From NCBI GenBank assembly GCA_963733095.1, contig CAVTBV010000013.1, positions 256,001 through 320,000 on the forward strand: a stretch of 64,000 bases of DNA, written 5' to 3'. A program made the position numbers and the translations under genes. The DNA is from Candidatus Bathyarchaeota archaeon (GTDB lineage: Archaea; Thermoproteota; Bathyarchaeia; Bathyarchaeales; Bathycorpusculaceae). The notes under the pieces are model-generated. The model was not told where the DNA came from, made no database searches, and worked only from the letters and a program-made list of their open reading frames with translations. Of the stretch, positions 41,870-51,605 are shown one piece after another (the stretch's first letter is position 1; each line of letters opens with the position of its first letter).

Positions 41870-42097
41870 ATGCCTACTGCTTTAGTGTTATTGAATACGA
41901 AGATAGGTTCTGAAGCTGATGTTTTGAGGGAATTAAGAAAAATGGCGAACATAGAAGAAGCCAAACCAGTTTACGGTGCCTATGATATTGTACTGCGCAT
42001 TGAATCAAGTTCAATGAATGATCTCAGGCAAACAGTCACTTGGAAAATAAGAAAAATGGATTATGTTACAGCAACGCAGACAATTATAATAATTTAA
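41870..42097 (+). CDS. Stand-alone Lrp/AsnC ligand-binding domain
   Basis: A.VLLN..IG.E..V...L, VYGAYDIV, KIRKM..V..TQT. Confidence 0.88.
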   Translation: MPTALVLLNTKIGSEADVLRELRKMANIEEAKPVYGAYDIVLRIESSSMNDLRQTVTWKIRKMDYVTATQTIIII

Positions 42098-42168
42098 GTT
42101 TCTAACAATGTTGAACTTGCACTTATTAGGATGCTCCGATTCTTAACCAATAAATCCCACGGTGAACC

Positions 42169-42500
42169 TGGCGGCGAGCTTGGACATGGAACGACATTAA
42201 CGCTTTGCAGATTGGAGTGGGTTTGAGGTCTCATGATGCTGGATGGGGTTGGTGGCATGATTGGATTTATGCCCGATTCACTCGAGTCTGGGTAGAAATC
42301 AACAATACACCATAATTACTCACTCTATCTTTTTCTAACCTTTCTATTTTTTTTAAAGAAAAGTCCTATGTGAAAAATTCTTTTTTATGGATTTTTATTT
42401 ATGTTTTTATTTGATTTTAAGTACAGAATATTATTACATGAATTCTTAATTATCACTTGCTCTATAACTTGCGCTAAGCGGATAAACCAGTTCTTTAAGA
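42169..42500 (+). repeat. Direct repeat copy B: start-less copy of the pilin 3' end
   Basis: Encodes AWTWNDINALQIGVGLRSHDAGWGWWHDWIYARFTRVWVEINNTP*; offset 2796 from copy A. Confidence 0.85.
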
Positions 42501-42506
42501 TTCTAA

Positions 42507-42521
42507 TAGAAGATTATTCCA
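42507..42521 (+). promoter_or_regulatory. Shared pilin-promoter palindrome (copy 3)
   Basis: TAGAAGATTATTCCA, ~6 nt before TTTATATA. Confidence 0.7.
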
Positions 42522-42603
42522 CGGTTTTTTATATACCTCCTCAAACTACTTAGCGCTTAACGAACGAATAGTTCATATTTTAAAATTAGGAAGGAAAAAA
42601 ACA

Positions 42604-43878
42604 ATGACAAGAATTAGAAATGTAAGGAATACTATTAAATTCAAACGATCAATCAAAGCAATATCTCCAGTCATCGCAACGCTACTCATGATAGCTATCG
42701 CAGTCGTCGCCTCACTAGTAGTCTACGCTTGGGTAACAGGCTACATAGGCGGCACCACATCTACCGCTGGAAAAGCAATACAAATACAAAGTTTTGCTTC
42801 CGACCCAACTACTGGTAACTTGGTTATCTACGTACAAAACGTAGGCCAAGGTGATGTAGAACTTAACCAAGACCAAAGCGTTTACGTCGACAGCAACTTA
42901 GTATCTATAACTACACCTGCCCAGGTAAAAATCCCAATAACAATAGGGCAAACTGTAGAATTATTAACAGACCATCCCTACACTGCAGGCACCAAAGTCA
43001 CAATCAAAGTAACAACAACCGACGGAACATTCATGACAACAACAGGCACAGGCTCAAGCGGCTCAGCCAATCCGACAACTCCAGTTGTTACGTATGCAGT
43101 TGATTTTATGTTGGGTTCGGGTGGTTTATCAATGAATCCTGCTGATGGCCCCCATAATGTTGGTGGCGATACCGCGATTTCTGCGACTCCAAGTACAGGT
43201 TATCACTTTACTTCTTGGACTAGCACTGGGTCTATCACTTTTGCTGATGCTAGCGCTGCTTCCACTACTGCGACGGTTAGTGGTGCGGGTTCAATAACTG
43301 CAAACTTTGAAGCAGATACAGTCTATTATAATATTGTTGTTACTCAAAATGCTAATGGCGCAATTACTCCTGCTGGAACAACTAGTTATGCCGCTGGCTC
43401 TACTCCAAGCTTCACGATTACGCCCGATTCTAGTTATCACATTGCGTCTATAACTGCTAATGGTAATCCAGTGACTGTGACTACTCCTGCTGGTCAATCC
43501 TATCAGTTTGCTGCTCTTTCTGCTGATGGTACTTTAATTGCAACATTTGCACAAGACACCCCAACTATGCATGTGTCTTCAATAACTATGTCGGTGTATA
43601 GTCCATACAACAATCATGAAAGAGGCAGAGGAATAGTGACGATAGTTGACTCAAGTGGAAACCCTGTTTATGGCGCTACAGTTTACGGTACCTGGACCGG
43701 AACTGGAGCCACAACTGTTAGCGGAACTACCGATTCAAATGGTCACGTTACGCTAGAGTCTAATACTGTAAACTCTGGATATAATACATATACATTGACT
43801 ATTACTAACGTCGTCAAAAGTGGCTGGACTTACGATTCAAGCGCAAACATAATTACTACCAAAAGCGTGTCAGGCTAA
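42604..43878 (+). CDS. Pilin fused to InlB-B-like repeats and an Ig-like domain
   Basis: KA/ISPVIA pilin N-terminus; ATPSTGYHFTSW...ITANF; TITPDSSYHI; VYGATVYGTW...GTTDSNG. Confidence 0.88.
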   Translation: MTRIRNVRNTIKFKRSIKAISPVIATLLMIAIAVVASLVVYAWVTGYIGGTTSTAGKAIQIQSFASDPTTGNLVIYVQNVGQGDVELNQDQSVYVDSNLVSITTPAQVKIPITIGQTVELLTDHPYTAGTKVTIKVTTTDGTFMTTTGTGSSGSANPTTPVVTYAVDFMLGSGGLSMNPADGPHNVGGDTAISATPSTGYHFTSWTSTGSITFADASAASTTATVSGAGSITANFEADTVYYNIVVTQNANGAITPAGTTSYAAGSTPSFTITPDSSYHIASITANGNPVTVTTPAGQSYQFAALSADGTLIATFAQDTPTMHVSSITMSVYSPYNNHERGRGIVTIVDSSGNPVYGATVYGTWTGTGATTVSGTTDSNGHVTLESNTVNSGYNTYTLTITNVVKSGWTYDSSANIITTKSVSG

Positions 43879-44323
43879 ACTCTAACCCTTTTTCTTTTTT
43901 TTTAAAAAACAATTGTGCGCACTGTATCTCTCGATTAGTTTTATGCGGTTTTGTTGATTTGTTATTGTAGTTCATTTAGGTTAGTGCTGATGTTTTTCTC
44001 CATGTTTCTATGTCTTCGGTTATTTCATGTGCGGTGTTGTCAGGCTCAGTTGTTGCTGCCTTTAGTGGTGTATATTTGGATCCTAATATCCAATGTTTGC
44101 ACTTCGCCTATAGAGAGGTAGGTTTGTGTGGTCTATTTGGGGTTCTATTGGGGGTTCTATGTTGAATCTGCAGATGGGTAGTCGTATTGGAGGTTTTTGC
44201 GGACATTAGTATGTTGGAAAATTGTGCCTTTGCGAGGTAGGTGAAATGTGTGGTGACTGGTTTGGTGGTTTGTTTTGTATTTTTCTTAAATAGTTTATCT
44301 CTGTACACATGCACATCATAGAT

Positions 44324-44515
44324 ATGGCAACTAAATCAATCTCCATCACAGAAGAAGCATACAAAGCATTAATCCGTGAAAAGAGAAACAGCGAAAGCTT
44401 CACCCAAACCATGCTTCGAATCACCAAAACGGGCAAACTCCCCGATTCATTTGGCACATGTAAAATGACTGACAAAGAAAAACAGTTTATCTTGGGCGAA
44501 CTATCTGAAGGATAG
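44324..44515 (+). CDS. vapB: VapB-like antitoxin (possibly truncated)
   Basis: MATKSISITEEAYKAL..EKR..ESFT..; operator-like TGTACACATGCACA upstream. Confidence 0.75.
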   Translation: MATKSISITEEAYKALIREKRNSESFTQTMLRITKTGKLPDSFGTCKMTDKEKQFILGELSEG

Positions 44516-44539
44516 CGCGCAACTCAGGAGAGATTCTCT

Positions 44540-44927
44540 GTTGAAGTCCTTAACATTGACATGTTTATTGCAATCCCTTAAGGAAAATAAGATACATTAA
44601 CCCAGCTGTCAAGATATTGCAAGAAACTAAGGCAGTAATTACCGATGTTAATAATTTGAAATCTTTTATGGTTCAAACAAATCCCAAAACAAAAAAGAAA
44701 ACACTAAAGAAACCGACAAATTAATCGATAAACTAGAGGTAACCCCCCTTTAAAGTCTGTTTCTGCAAGAAAGGCCGCGGAAATATCGGCAAATCTAGCT
44801 GAGATAGGTCAACCAATCGGCTACAGGAAGATGATTACTGCAATTGCCATCGAAAATAGCTTAACGCTCCTCACACGCAACACTACACTTCAACAGAATC
44901 ATAAACCTGAAACTTCAAACATGGTAA
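44540..44927 (+). pseudogene. vapC: Decayed VapC (PIN) toxin
   Basis: Fragments with stops and frameshifts; the C-terminal part reads AAEISANL..IGQPIG...MITAIAIENSLTLLTRN.(H)FNRI..LKLQTW. Confidence 0.7.
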
Positions 44928-44988
44928 ACGCTCAAACAAACACCTCAAAAATCAAAGCTAACTTGTAAATAGCGTCATTTCTACTTTA

Positions 44989-45279
44989 TTATAATGGTTC
45001 AATTGTGACTTCGGAAACGTAACCTTCAAGATTTGGTTTGTCATGTTTTATGATAGCCAAGATTAGTTTGGGAACCATTATGCGTCCATCTCTGTTGATT
45101 CTGGCGACAAAGCTCTCTTGGCTACTCCATAGAGCCAAAACGCTAACTCTGACTTTTAGAATCTCGGATGTTTTAAGCTTGAACCGCCAGCGAATCAACT
45201 TGGGTACCTGTAAGCGGTTTCCCTTCTGAAGCTTACTTTTAAAGCTAACTCTTTCAGTTAATGGCAATAAACCGCCCAT
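44989..45279 (-). CDS. Tandem AbrB/MazE-like DNA-binding protein
   Basis: LQKGNRLQVPKLIR and INRDGRIMVPK repeats; start at ATG 45279 or TTG 45267. Confidence 0.7.
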   Translation of the reverse strand: MGGLLPLTERVSFKSKLQKGNRLQVPKLIRWRFKLKTSEILKVRVSVLALWSSQESFVARINRDGRIMVPKLILAIIKHDKPNLEGYVSEVTIEPL

Positions 45280-45958
45280 CCTCCTAATCCGGACGCTTTT
45301 TGACGCATATCGACAAAATAAGACGCATCCTGTAAACAAATTAAGCTTTGCACAAAAAAAGCAACCCAAAATAAGCCTTTTTTGCACAAAAAACTCATTG
45401 TTGTTCTTTTGAAGACAAAAACAAAACTCAGCCTCTTACTGGCTAAGAAAAAGGAGCATACAACTCTGATGATGCTGTTCTAGGGCGTTTGGGTGCTGGG
45501 GAAGTATACGAAGTGGTCAAAGAAAGTGGTAAATTTTAGGGCGATACCGACATATTTGAAGAAGTCTGTTCCGAAACGCCAAACAAAGGCAACTTTGCAA
45601 AAAGGTCGATAAAACTACCGCATAAGAGAAGAAGAAAGTTGAAAAATTTGCGCTTCTTCTTCTACCAGTTAACTGTTGTCTCGCGGATACATAATTCACT
45701 TAAGTTGAAACAAAAAAATACATTTAGAGAAGATCGATTTTTTCTTCCTTAAACAAAATATCAAAGAGATTTTGCTGTTACTTAAACGTCAGCTAATAAT
45801 CAACAATATTGTTTTGGTTATATTCCAATTAATTGTATGAAAAAATAGCAGCTAACGTTTTCGTTAGTGATTAAATGCAGTCACAATGCTATATGTAGCA
45901 TGACCTTGTTCCTTCACTTGCCATAGTCAAGTCAATAGATTGTAGATGTAAAGGTCGA

Positions 45959-46534
45959 ATGAGAGATACAATTAATACACTTATTGAGGCGGGCTCTTTC
46001 AAGATGCTCGTCTCAGCAGTCCAAGCAACCGAACTAGCAGACCTTCTTAGAGGCGCAGGCAACTTTACGGTTTTTGCTCCGGATGATGAAGCTTTTTCTA
46101 AAATGCCTAAAGACACACTTGACCTTCTAAAAAACGTACCAAAGTTAAGTGCCATTGTAATGTATCATGTTGTTGCAGGAAAGCTGACAACCGACCAAAT
46201 CAGTCAAATGGATGCTGCCAAAACAATCCAAGGCCAAGAAATCAAAATCTGCTCACACAAATGGCGCCTCCATAATAAACCGAAAATCAACGACGCAAAC
46301 ATGACTGATGCTGATATAGAGACAGACAACGGAATGATTCATGCTTTGGACAAAGTTCTTACGCCAAATATAGCGCTAACGTGCTCCGTTTGCGGAATGG
46401 GTTTCGAAACAATGGATGCTTTGACTTTTCACACAAAAAGGATTCACATGGAAGAAAGCACAACGAAGCCAATGTCGATTGTTGAGGCTAAGTCGACTGT
46501 TGAAGGAAACCCGATGCAAATGTCAGCTAGGTGA
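45959..46534 (+). CDS. Fasciclin (FAS1) domain plus C2H2 Zn finger
   Basis: FTVFAPDDEAF, YHVV, NGMIHALDKVL; CSVCG...H....H. Confidence 0.85.
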   Translation: MRDTINTLIEAGSFKMLVSAVQATELADLLRGAGNFTVFAPDDEAFSKMPKDTLDLLKNVPKLSAIVMYHVVAGKLTTDQISQMDAAKTIQGQEIKICSHKWRLHNKPKINDANMTDADIETDNGMIHALDKVLTPNIALTCSVCGMGFETMDALTFHTKRIHMEESTTKPMSIVEAKSTVEGNPMQMSAR

Positions 46535-46552
46535 TCTCAAGATATACCGTCA

Positions 46553-46669
46553 ATGGGCGTAGAGCCCAATCAGATTCCCTGTCCAGTTTGCGGAAAAACC
46601 TTCAAGACATCTCCTGAAATGGAGAGACATATGGATGCGGCTCACCATGAATCAAAAGGACACGAATGA
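46553..46669 (+). CDS. C2H2 Zn-finger micro-ORF, in frame with the fasciclin gene
   Basis: Manual translation MGVEPNQIPCPVCGKTFKTSPEMERHMDAAHHESKGHE. Confidence 0.55.
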   Translation: MGVEPNQIPCPVCGKTFKTSPEMERHMDAAHHESKGHE

Positions 46670-46963
46670 GATGTAGCATACTTAGCTTAGAAGGAAATTA
46701 TTTGTACCTAATTTGAATTGTTCTTTTCCTAATTTTTTTCTTCTTCATTAGCTAATTCTGTTTTTCAATCAGTTGTAGGAAGTTTTCTGGGCGTAGCATG
46801 ATATTGGTTGTTGAAGTAGTCGTCGATTTTCTTGATATGCTTGGCTTCGAAGAGCTAAATGGACCAAAACTAAATTGCTCCAAATGAGACACTAATTAAA
46901 ATATTTGTAACGTAAAAGTCGAAACACATAAAAATCGTTCCCAATAAAAAGAACCTCTTAAAG

Positions 46964-47311
46964 GTGACTAAAATTAACTTCTGTCCGCAATGTGGGGGAT
47001 TGCTCAAATTAGTAAACAAGAATTCTCCTTACCTTAAATGTCCAAAATGCAAACACCAAGAACCGCTGAAAAAGGAACAGCTAAAACAAAAAATAAGACT
47101 ACAAAATAGGAATGGGGCAGAAATCGCTGTGATAGGTAAAGATGAAGAATTATCGTTAAGGTCGTTGCCGACGGTTAACGTGGTTTGTCCATCTTGTGGT
47201 AACAAGGGAAGTGAAGTTTGGAATATTGAAACTGCTGATGAAAACATCCATTCAACAATTACGTTCTTTAGATGCCTAAAATGTAAAACCACCCGAAGAG
47301 AAGTTGGATAA
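46964..47311 (+). CDS. TFS/RpoM-like transcription factor paralog
   Basis: FCPQCG..L...CPKC; LPT....CPSCG.....W...TADE....TFFRC.KC...RE. Confidence 0.82.
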   Translation: MTKINFCPQCGGLLKLVNKNSPYLKCPKCKHQEPLKKEQLKQKIRLQNRNGAEIAVIGKDEELSLRSLPTVNVVCPSCGNKGSEVWNIETADENIHSTITFFRCLKCKTTRREVG

Positions 47312-47603
47312 ACAAACAACAAACATCGCCTCGTCAGCCCAAAAAACCGCAAGCCAAGAATTGTATTAACGTAAATTTTCGGATTCCAACTAACATGTGC
47401 ACAGTTGAAAAAAGGGCTATTGACGCTGTGTCTCTAAATCCTATCGTTATCGTTTGAATTGCGAAGAAGGGAAGAGAGACAATTGGCCCATTACCAACTC
47501 CAGTTATTGTAGGATCACAAGTTCCTGTAATTGTTGGAGTGTAATATGAGCCAAAGTAAGTCTGCGAGTTCAGTAATCCCTATTACATTTACCGTAAAAA
47601 TGA

Positions 47604-48599
47604 CTAATACATTCTCTGGGGTGAAACAATGTTGAGAAGTGACTGCCCACTAATCAAGCGTTTAATATTTTCAGCGGTAACTTCGATGCCTCTAGCCATT
47701 GATTCTTCTGATACCCCTGATATGTGAGGGGTCAAAATGACATTATTCAATGAAGCAAATGACTTGTTTTGTGATTCGTCAAGAACATCTATTGCTGCTC
47801 CTGAGATTGAACCTCTTTTTAATGCTGACAATAGAGCTTGATCGTCTACAATTCCTCCTCTGGACGAATTAATTAGGTAAGCCGTTGGCTTCATTGCTTC
47901 AAGTTCTTTTTCTCCAAAAAAACCTCGGGTTTCTTTGGTAAGCGGAAGATTGATGCTTACAAAGTCACTTTTTTGCAATATGTCCGGAAGGTCTTTTTGG
48001 GTTCCAATAAATTCAACGTTTAGATCTTGGGTAGTTGGAGTCGTGCGTTTAATTGCTAAAACCTTCATTCCGAAAGCTCTTGCTCGAATAGCTATCTGTT
48101 GTCCTATCGAGCCATACCCTACAATCGATAAGACTTTTCCAGTCAACTCTTTGCCCTGAAAAAATTCATTCTTAAAATTTTCTCCACCCAAAATGTGGTC
48201 ATTCACCCTGCTGAGTAATTTTTTTGGGTTTTGCCTGGTTTTGATGTTATTAGCATATAATTTTCTAGCAAGAAGCAAAATCATGCATAACGTATATTCA
48301 GCAACAGTTGATGAATTATAACTAGCTAAGTTTGAAATCTTTATTCCCCGTTGATACGCAAATGGCACATCAATTTCGTCTATGCCCACTCCCCAGCACT
48401 GAATTAATCTAAGCGCTTTTCCGTTTTCAATAATTTTTCTTGTCGCAAGCCAACTAACAAGAACATCGGCATCTGAAACCTGAGCAAGAATTGACTGTTC
48501 ATTATAATCGGAAAATGCCTTAATTTTGCAATCTGAACTAACTTTCTTTGCAAGAGACGCAGCAATATTTTTTGAACAAAGTATTTTACAAGTCATCAT
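47604..48599 (-). CDS. D-isomer-specific 2-hydroxyacid dehydrogenase
   Basis: VGYGSIG, PLTKETRG, INSSRG, AIDV and TPHISG motifs. Confidence 0.92.
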   Translation of the reverse strand: MMTCKILCSKNIAASLAKKVSSDCKIKAFSDYNEQSILAQVSDADVLVSWLATRKIIENGKALRLIQCWGVGIDEIDVPFAYQRGIKISNLASYNSSTVAEYTLCMILLLARKLYANNIKTRQNPKKLLSRVNDHILGGENFKNEFFQGKELTGKVLSIVGYGSIGQQIAIRARAFGMKVLAIKRTTPTTQDLNVEFIGTQKDLPDILQKSDFVSINLPLTKETRGFFGEKELEAMKPTAYLINSSRGGIVDDQALLSALKRGSISGAAIDVLDESQNKSFASLNNVILTPHISGVSEESMARGIEVTAENIKRLISGQSLLNIVSPQRMY

Positions 48600-48932
48600 T
48601 ACACTCTAATTTTTACTTTGATATATTAATTTTCATTGCTGGCTTGAAATTAACTAAGCTTGATAAGGGATAGGAAACTATTTTGAACAGCAAGATGGAA
48701 AATAGGTTCTAAAATTTTTCAGTTCGTCGATAATAAAATTATTTGCTGCCCGGGATTAAGAACCACGCTAAAAAGCTTTTTACAATCTACCCTCTAATTT
48801 GTTGCAGATAAAGTTGAAACATGAATTATCGGCGGCATCATCTAATTATTTTTGGTTGTAACATATTTGACTGCCAAAACTTAAATAACAAAAGTAAACG
48901 ATAGGTCGAATATTAAGAGCGCCTGGTAAACT

Positions 48933-50243
48933 GTGAAACCTTCAGAAATGTTAAGGGCAAGTAGTGTAGTAGGTAATGTGCCATTTATAATTCTAAACTG
49001 GAAACACACCCAGCATCTTAATGCTCACCAGATCAAAGATCTTCAAAACAAGAAACTACGCGCAATAATTAAGCACAGCTACAATCATGTTCCATACTAT
49101 CATACACTATTCAAAAAATCAAACCTTTCTCCTGATGACATAAAAACTTCTGAAGACCTGAAAAAAGTGCCAATAACAAAAAAAACCGACATCAGGGGAT
49201 TGCCAATCAATGATATTACGGCAGACAACTTTGTTTTAACCGATTGTGAGAAACGATTTACTTCAGGATCGTCCGGAATTCCCTTAACATGTTACCGTGA
49301 CGGAAAAGGATTCCTCAAAAGGTGTTTTGACGAATACCTCTTTCACAACGGCCACGGAGCAAAATTTAGCGATAACCGCGTCTTAATGGGTGGAATTGTT
49401 CCGCTTCCTCCAAACGTCCTTCAAAGATTTGGGTTGCTCAGGACAAAAGAAGTTTCTCCATTAAAGCCTCCAAGCGAACAACTTAAAATCATAAAAGACA
49501 CAAAAGCCAAGATTCTTCTTACAAACCCGTCAAGTGCATTAGCCATTTCCAAAGAAGCCAAGGAAAAGGATATAAAATGCGTAGAGCTGGCATTAATTTT
49601 TACAGTTGGGGAACGGTTGGACAATAGTTCACGTGGCTTCATAGAAGAAACTTTCAACGCAAAAGTAATTGACCAATATGGAGCAACAGAGGTCGGGAAA
49701 ATAAGCAGGGAGTGCATTGAGCATAATTATCACCTCCACCAAGACGTGTTGGTTCAATCTACCAAAGAAGACGAAACGCTTGTTGCTGGAGAAGAGGGGG
49801 AAATTACCGTAACTAATTTAGTCAATTTCGTTCAGCCATCCATAAGGTATAACCTTGAAGATTCCGGCGTAGTCTTGACTGACGAATGTAGTTGCGATCT
49901 TCATTATCCTTTAATGAGATTGACAGCTGGCAGAGCTATTGATGTCATTAATCTCCCAAATGGCCGCTCCATCTCAGCACTCGAAGTAAACGATTTTCTA
50001 AGTCTTCGACCCATTGAGCTCAGACAGTATCAAGTAATTCAAGAAGCTTTGAACAAGTTAACAGTGAAAGTGGTTAAGGGTAAGGGCTTCGAAGACAATA
50101 CAGTATTAGAAATTGAGCAGACTTATAGACAAAATCTTGGTTCAGAAATGCAAGTTAATGTGTTAATTGTCGATGATATTCCACGTGAAAAATCGGGGAA
50201 ATTCAAACTATTCAAGAACAATTACATAAAAAAAGCAAGCTGA
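48933..50243 (+). CDS. Phenylacetate-CoA ligase/CapK-like adenylating enzyme
   Basis: TSGSSG.P, YGATE, IRY..ED, GR and IPREKSGK motifs. Confidence 0.88.
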   Translation: MKPSEMLRASSVVGNVPFIILNWKHTQHLNAHQIKDLQNKKLRAIIKHSYNHVPYYHTLFKKSNLSPDDIKTSEDLKKVPITKKTDIRGLPINDITADNFVLTDCEKRFTSGSSGIPLTCYRDGKGFLKRCFDEYLFHNGHGAKFSDNRVLMGGIVPLPPNVLQRFGLLRTKEVSPLKPPSEQLKIIKDTKAKILLTNPSSALAISKEAKEKDIKCVELALIFTVGERLDNSSRGFIEETFNAKVIDQYGATEVGKISRECIEHNYHLHQDVLVQSTKEDETLVAGEEGEITVTNLVNFVQPSIRYNLEDSGVVLTDECSCDLHYPLMRLTAGRAIDVINLPNGRSISALEVNDFLSLRPIELRQYQVIQEALNKLTVKVVKGKGFEDNTVLEIEQTYRQNLGSEMQVNVLIVDDIPREKSGKFKLFKNNYIKKAS

Positions 50244-50284
50244 AAGTTTTTTCAAATATTGAGAATATTACGAATACAGAAATA

Positions 50285-51400
50285 TTGCTTATTAAGAGAT
50301 CTGACAACCCATTTCCTATGAGAGTACTTGAGATTAACAATTATTCAGATTTACTGGATCTTAAGACAGAATGGACGTCTTTACTAGAAAAGTCCCCTCA
50401 TAATATTTTTTCAACTTGGGAATGGAATTCGATTTGGTGGAAGCACTTCGGAGATGATAAAAAACTCCTTGTACTAGTGGCACAGGAAGAAGACAAGGTC
50501 GTTGGCATAGCACCACTTATGTATTCGGTTAAATCTGTTTTCGGTGCAAGACAAGGAAAGATAGAAGCTATAGGAACCCCTCAGGCTGATTACCATAATT
50601 TTTTAATATCGACTAACAAAGAAAAATGCTTTCAATCTTTTCTCGAATATTTGAACGGGGTTCCGGAGAAATGGGATTGCATTGAATTAACAGACGTTCC
50701 CCAAGATGCCGAATGCCTACTTACACTTAGGCAAGTTTCAGAGAAAATTAAAGCCATGGAAAATTGTCCATATTTGGTTTTGCCAAATTCATTCGAAACT
50801 TTTATGGAAAGCCTCAGCTACAAAAAGAGAAAGTATGTAAGAAGAGGTATGCGGAAGCTTGAATCCAGTTTTAACGTCGAATTGAAAGATTGCTCTCAAG
50901 TTGAAAGTTATCGAGAAGGAATGCAGTGTCTGTTTGATCTTCACCAAAAAGAGTGGAAAATGGTAGGTCAAACTGGGGTATTTTTAGAAAATAGTGTTCG
51001 CAATTTTCACTTAGACATTGCTGAGGCTTTCTCGAAGAAAGGTTGGCTTTGCCTACACACTCTCAAACTATCTGATGTTCCTGTAGCGGTCGAATATGGT
51101 TTTAGATATGGCCCTAAATACTATGCATACTTACCTGGTTTAGACCCAGAATATCGACAATATAGTGTAGGAAATATGTTGTTCGTCAAAATAATCCAGA
51201 AACTGATAAAAGACAACGTTGCAGTCTATGATTTCTTAAGGGGCGCAGAGGAATACAAGTATTATTGGAATGCAATATCAAAACTTAACTATAAAATAGT
51301 AATAAATAAACCTGGAGCAACATCAAAAATGCGAAATTGGTATCTCAACAACTATTTCTCTCTTGGAAATAAATTGAATTATCTGATTAACCTAAAATAA
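50285..51400 (+). CDS. CelD/BcsL-like GNAT acetyltransferase
   Basis: FSTWEW...WW.HF, VGIAPL, YSVG, YDFLRGAEEYK. Confidence 0.87.
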   Translation: MLIKRSDNPFPMRVLEINNYSDLLDLKTEWTSLLEKSPHNIFSTWEWNSIWWKHFGDDKKLLVLVAQEEDKVVGIAPLMYSVKSVFGARQGKIEAIGTPQADYHNFLISTNKEKCFQSFLEYLNGVPEKWDCIELTDVPQDAECLLTLRQVSEKIKAMENCPYLVLPNSFETFMESLSYKKRKYVRRGMRKLESSFNVELKDCSQVESYREGMQCLFDLHQKEWKMVGQTGVFLENSVRNFHLDIAEAFSKKGWLCLHTLKLSDVPVAVEYGFRYGPKYYAYLPGLDPEYRQYSVGNMLFVKIIQKLIKDNVAVYDFLRGAEEYKYYWNAISKLNYKIVINKPGATSKMRNWYLNNYFSLGNKLNYLINLK

Positions 51401-51605
51401 CACTTTTGGACAAGGAAAAGCTGTCAAATGTTCTAATCAAAATCGTTGAAACATCACCACCTTATGAATGTACAAGCGCTTCTCACCAGTTTTATTCACA
51501 AAACCTATTATTTTTTAAAAACATACAATTTTGTTTATCCTACATTTACTTGCCTTTCCACTATCAGATATGAAAACCTTGACAACAAATTTTCTTAATT
51601 AAGTT

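Noticed and set aside
39372-42315. Diversity-generating retroelement (VR/TR pair at a pilin C-terminus)
   Set aside because: The mismatches (C/T, G/T, A/G, T/A) are not adenine-specific in either copy, and no reverse transcriptase is in the window.
46532-46534. Selenocysteine TGA in the fasciclin gene
   Set aside because: The codon lies in a linker rather than at a Cys-equivalent position, and I saw no SECIS-like element.
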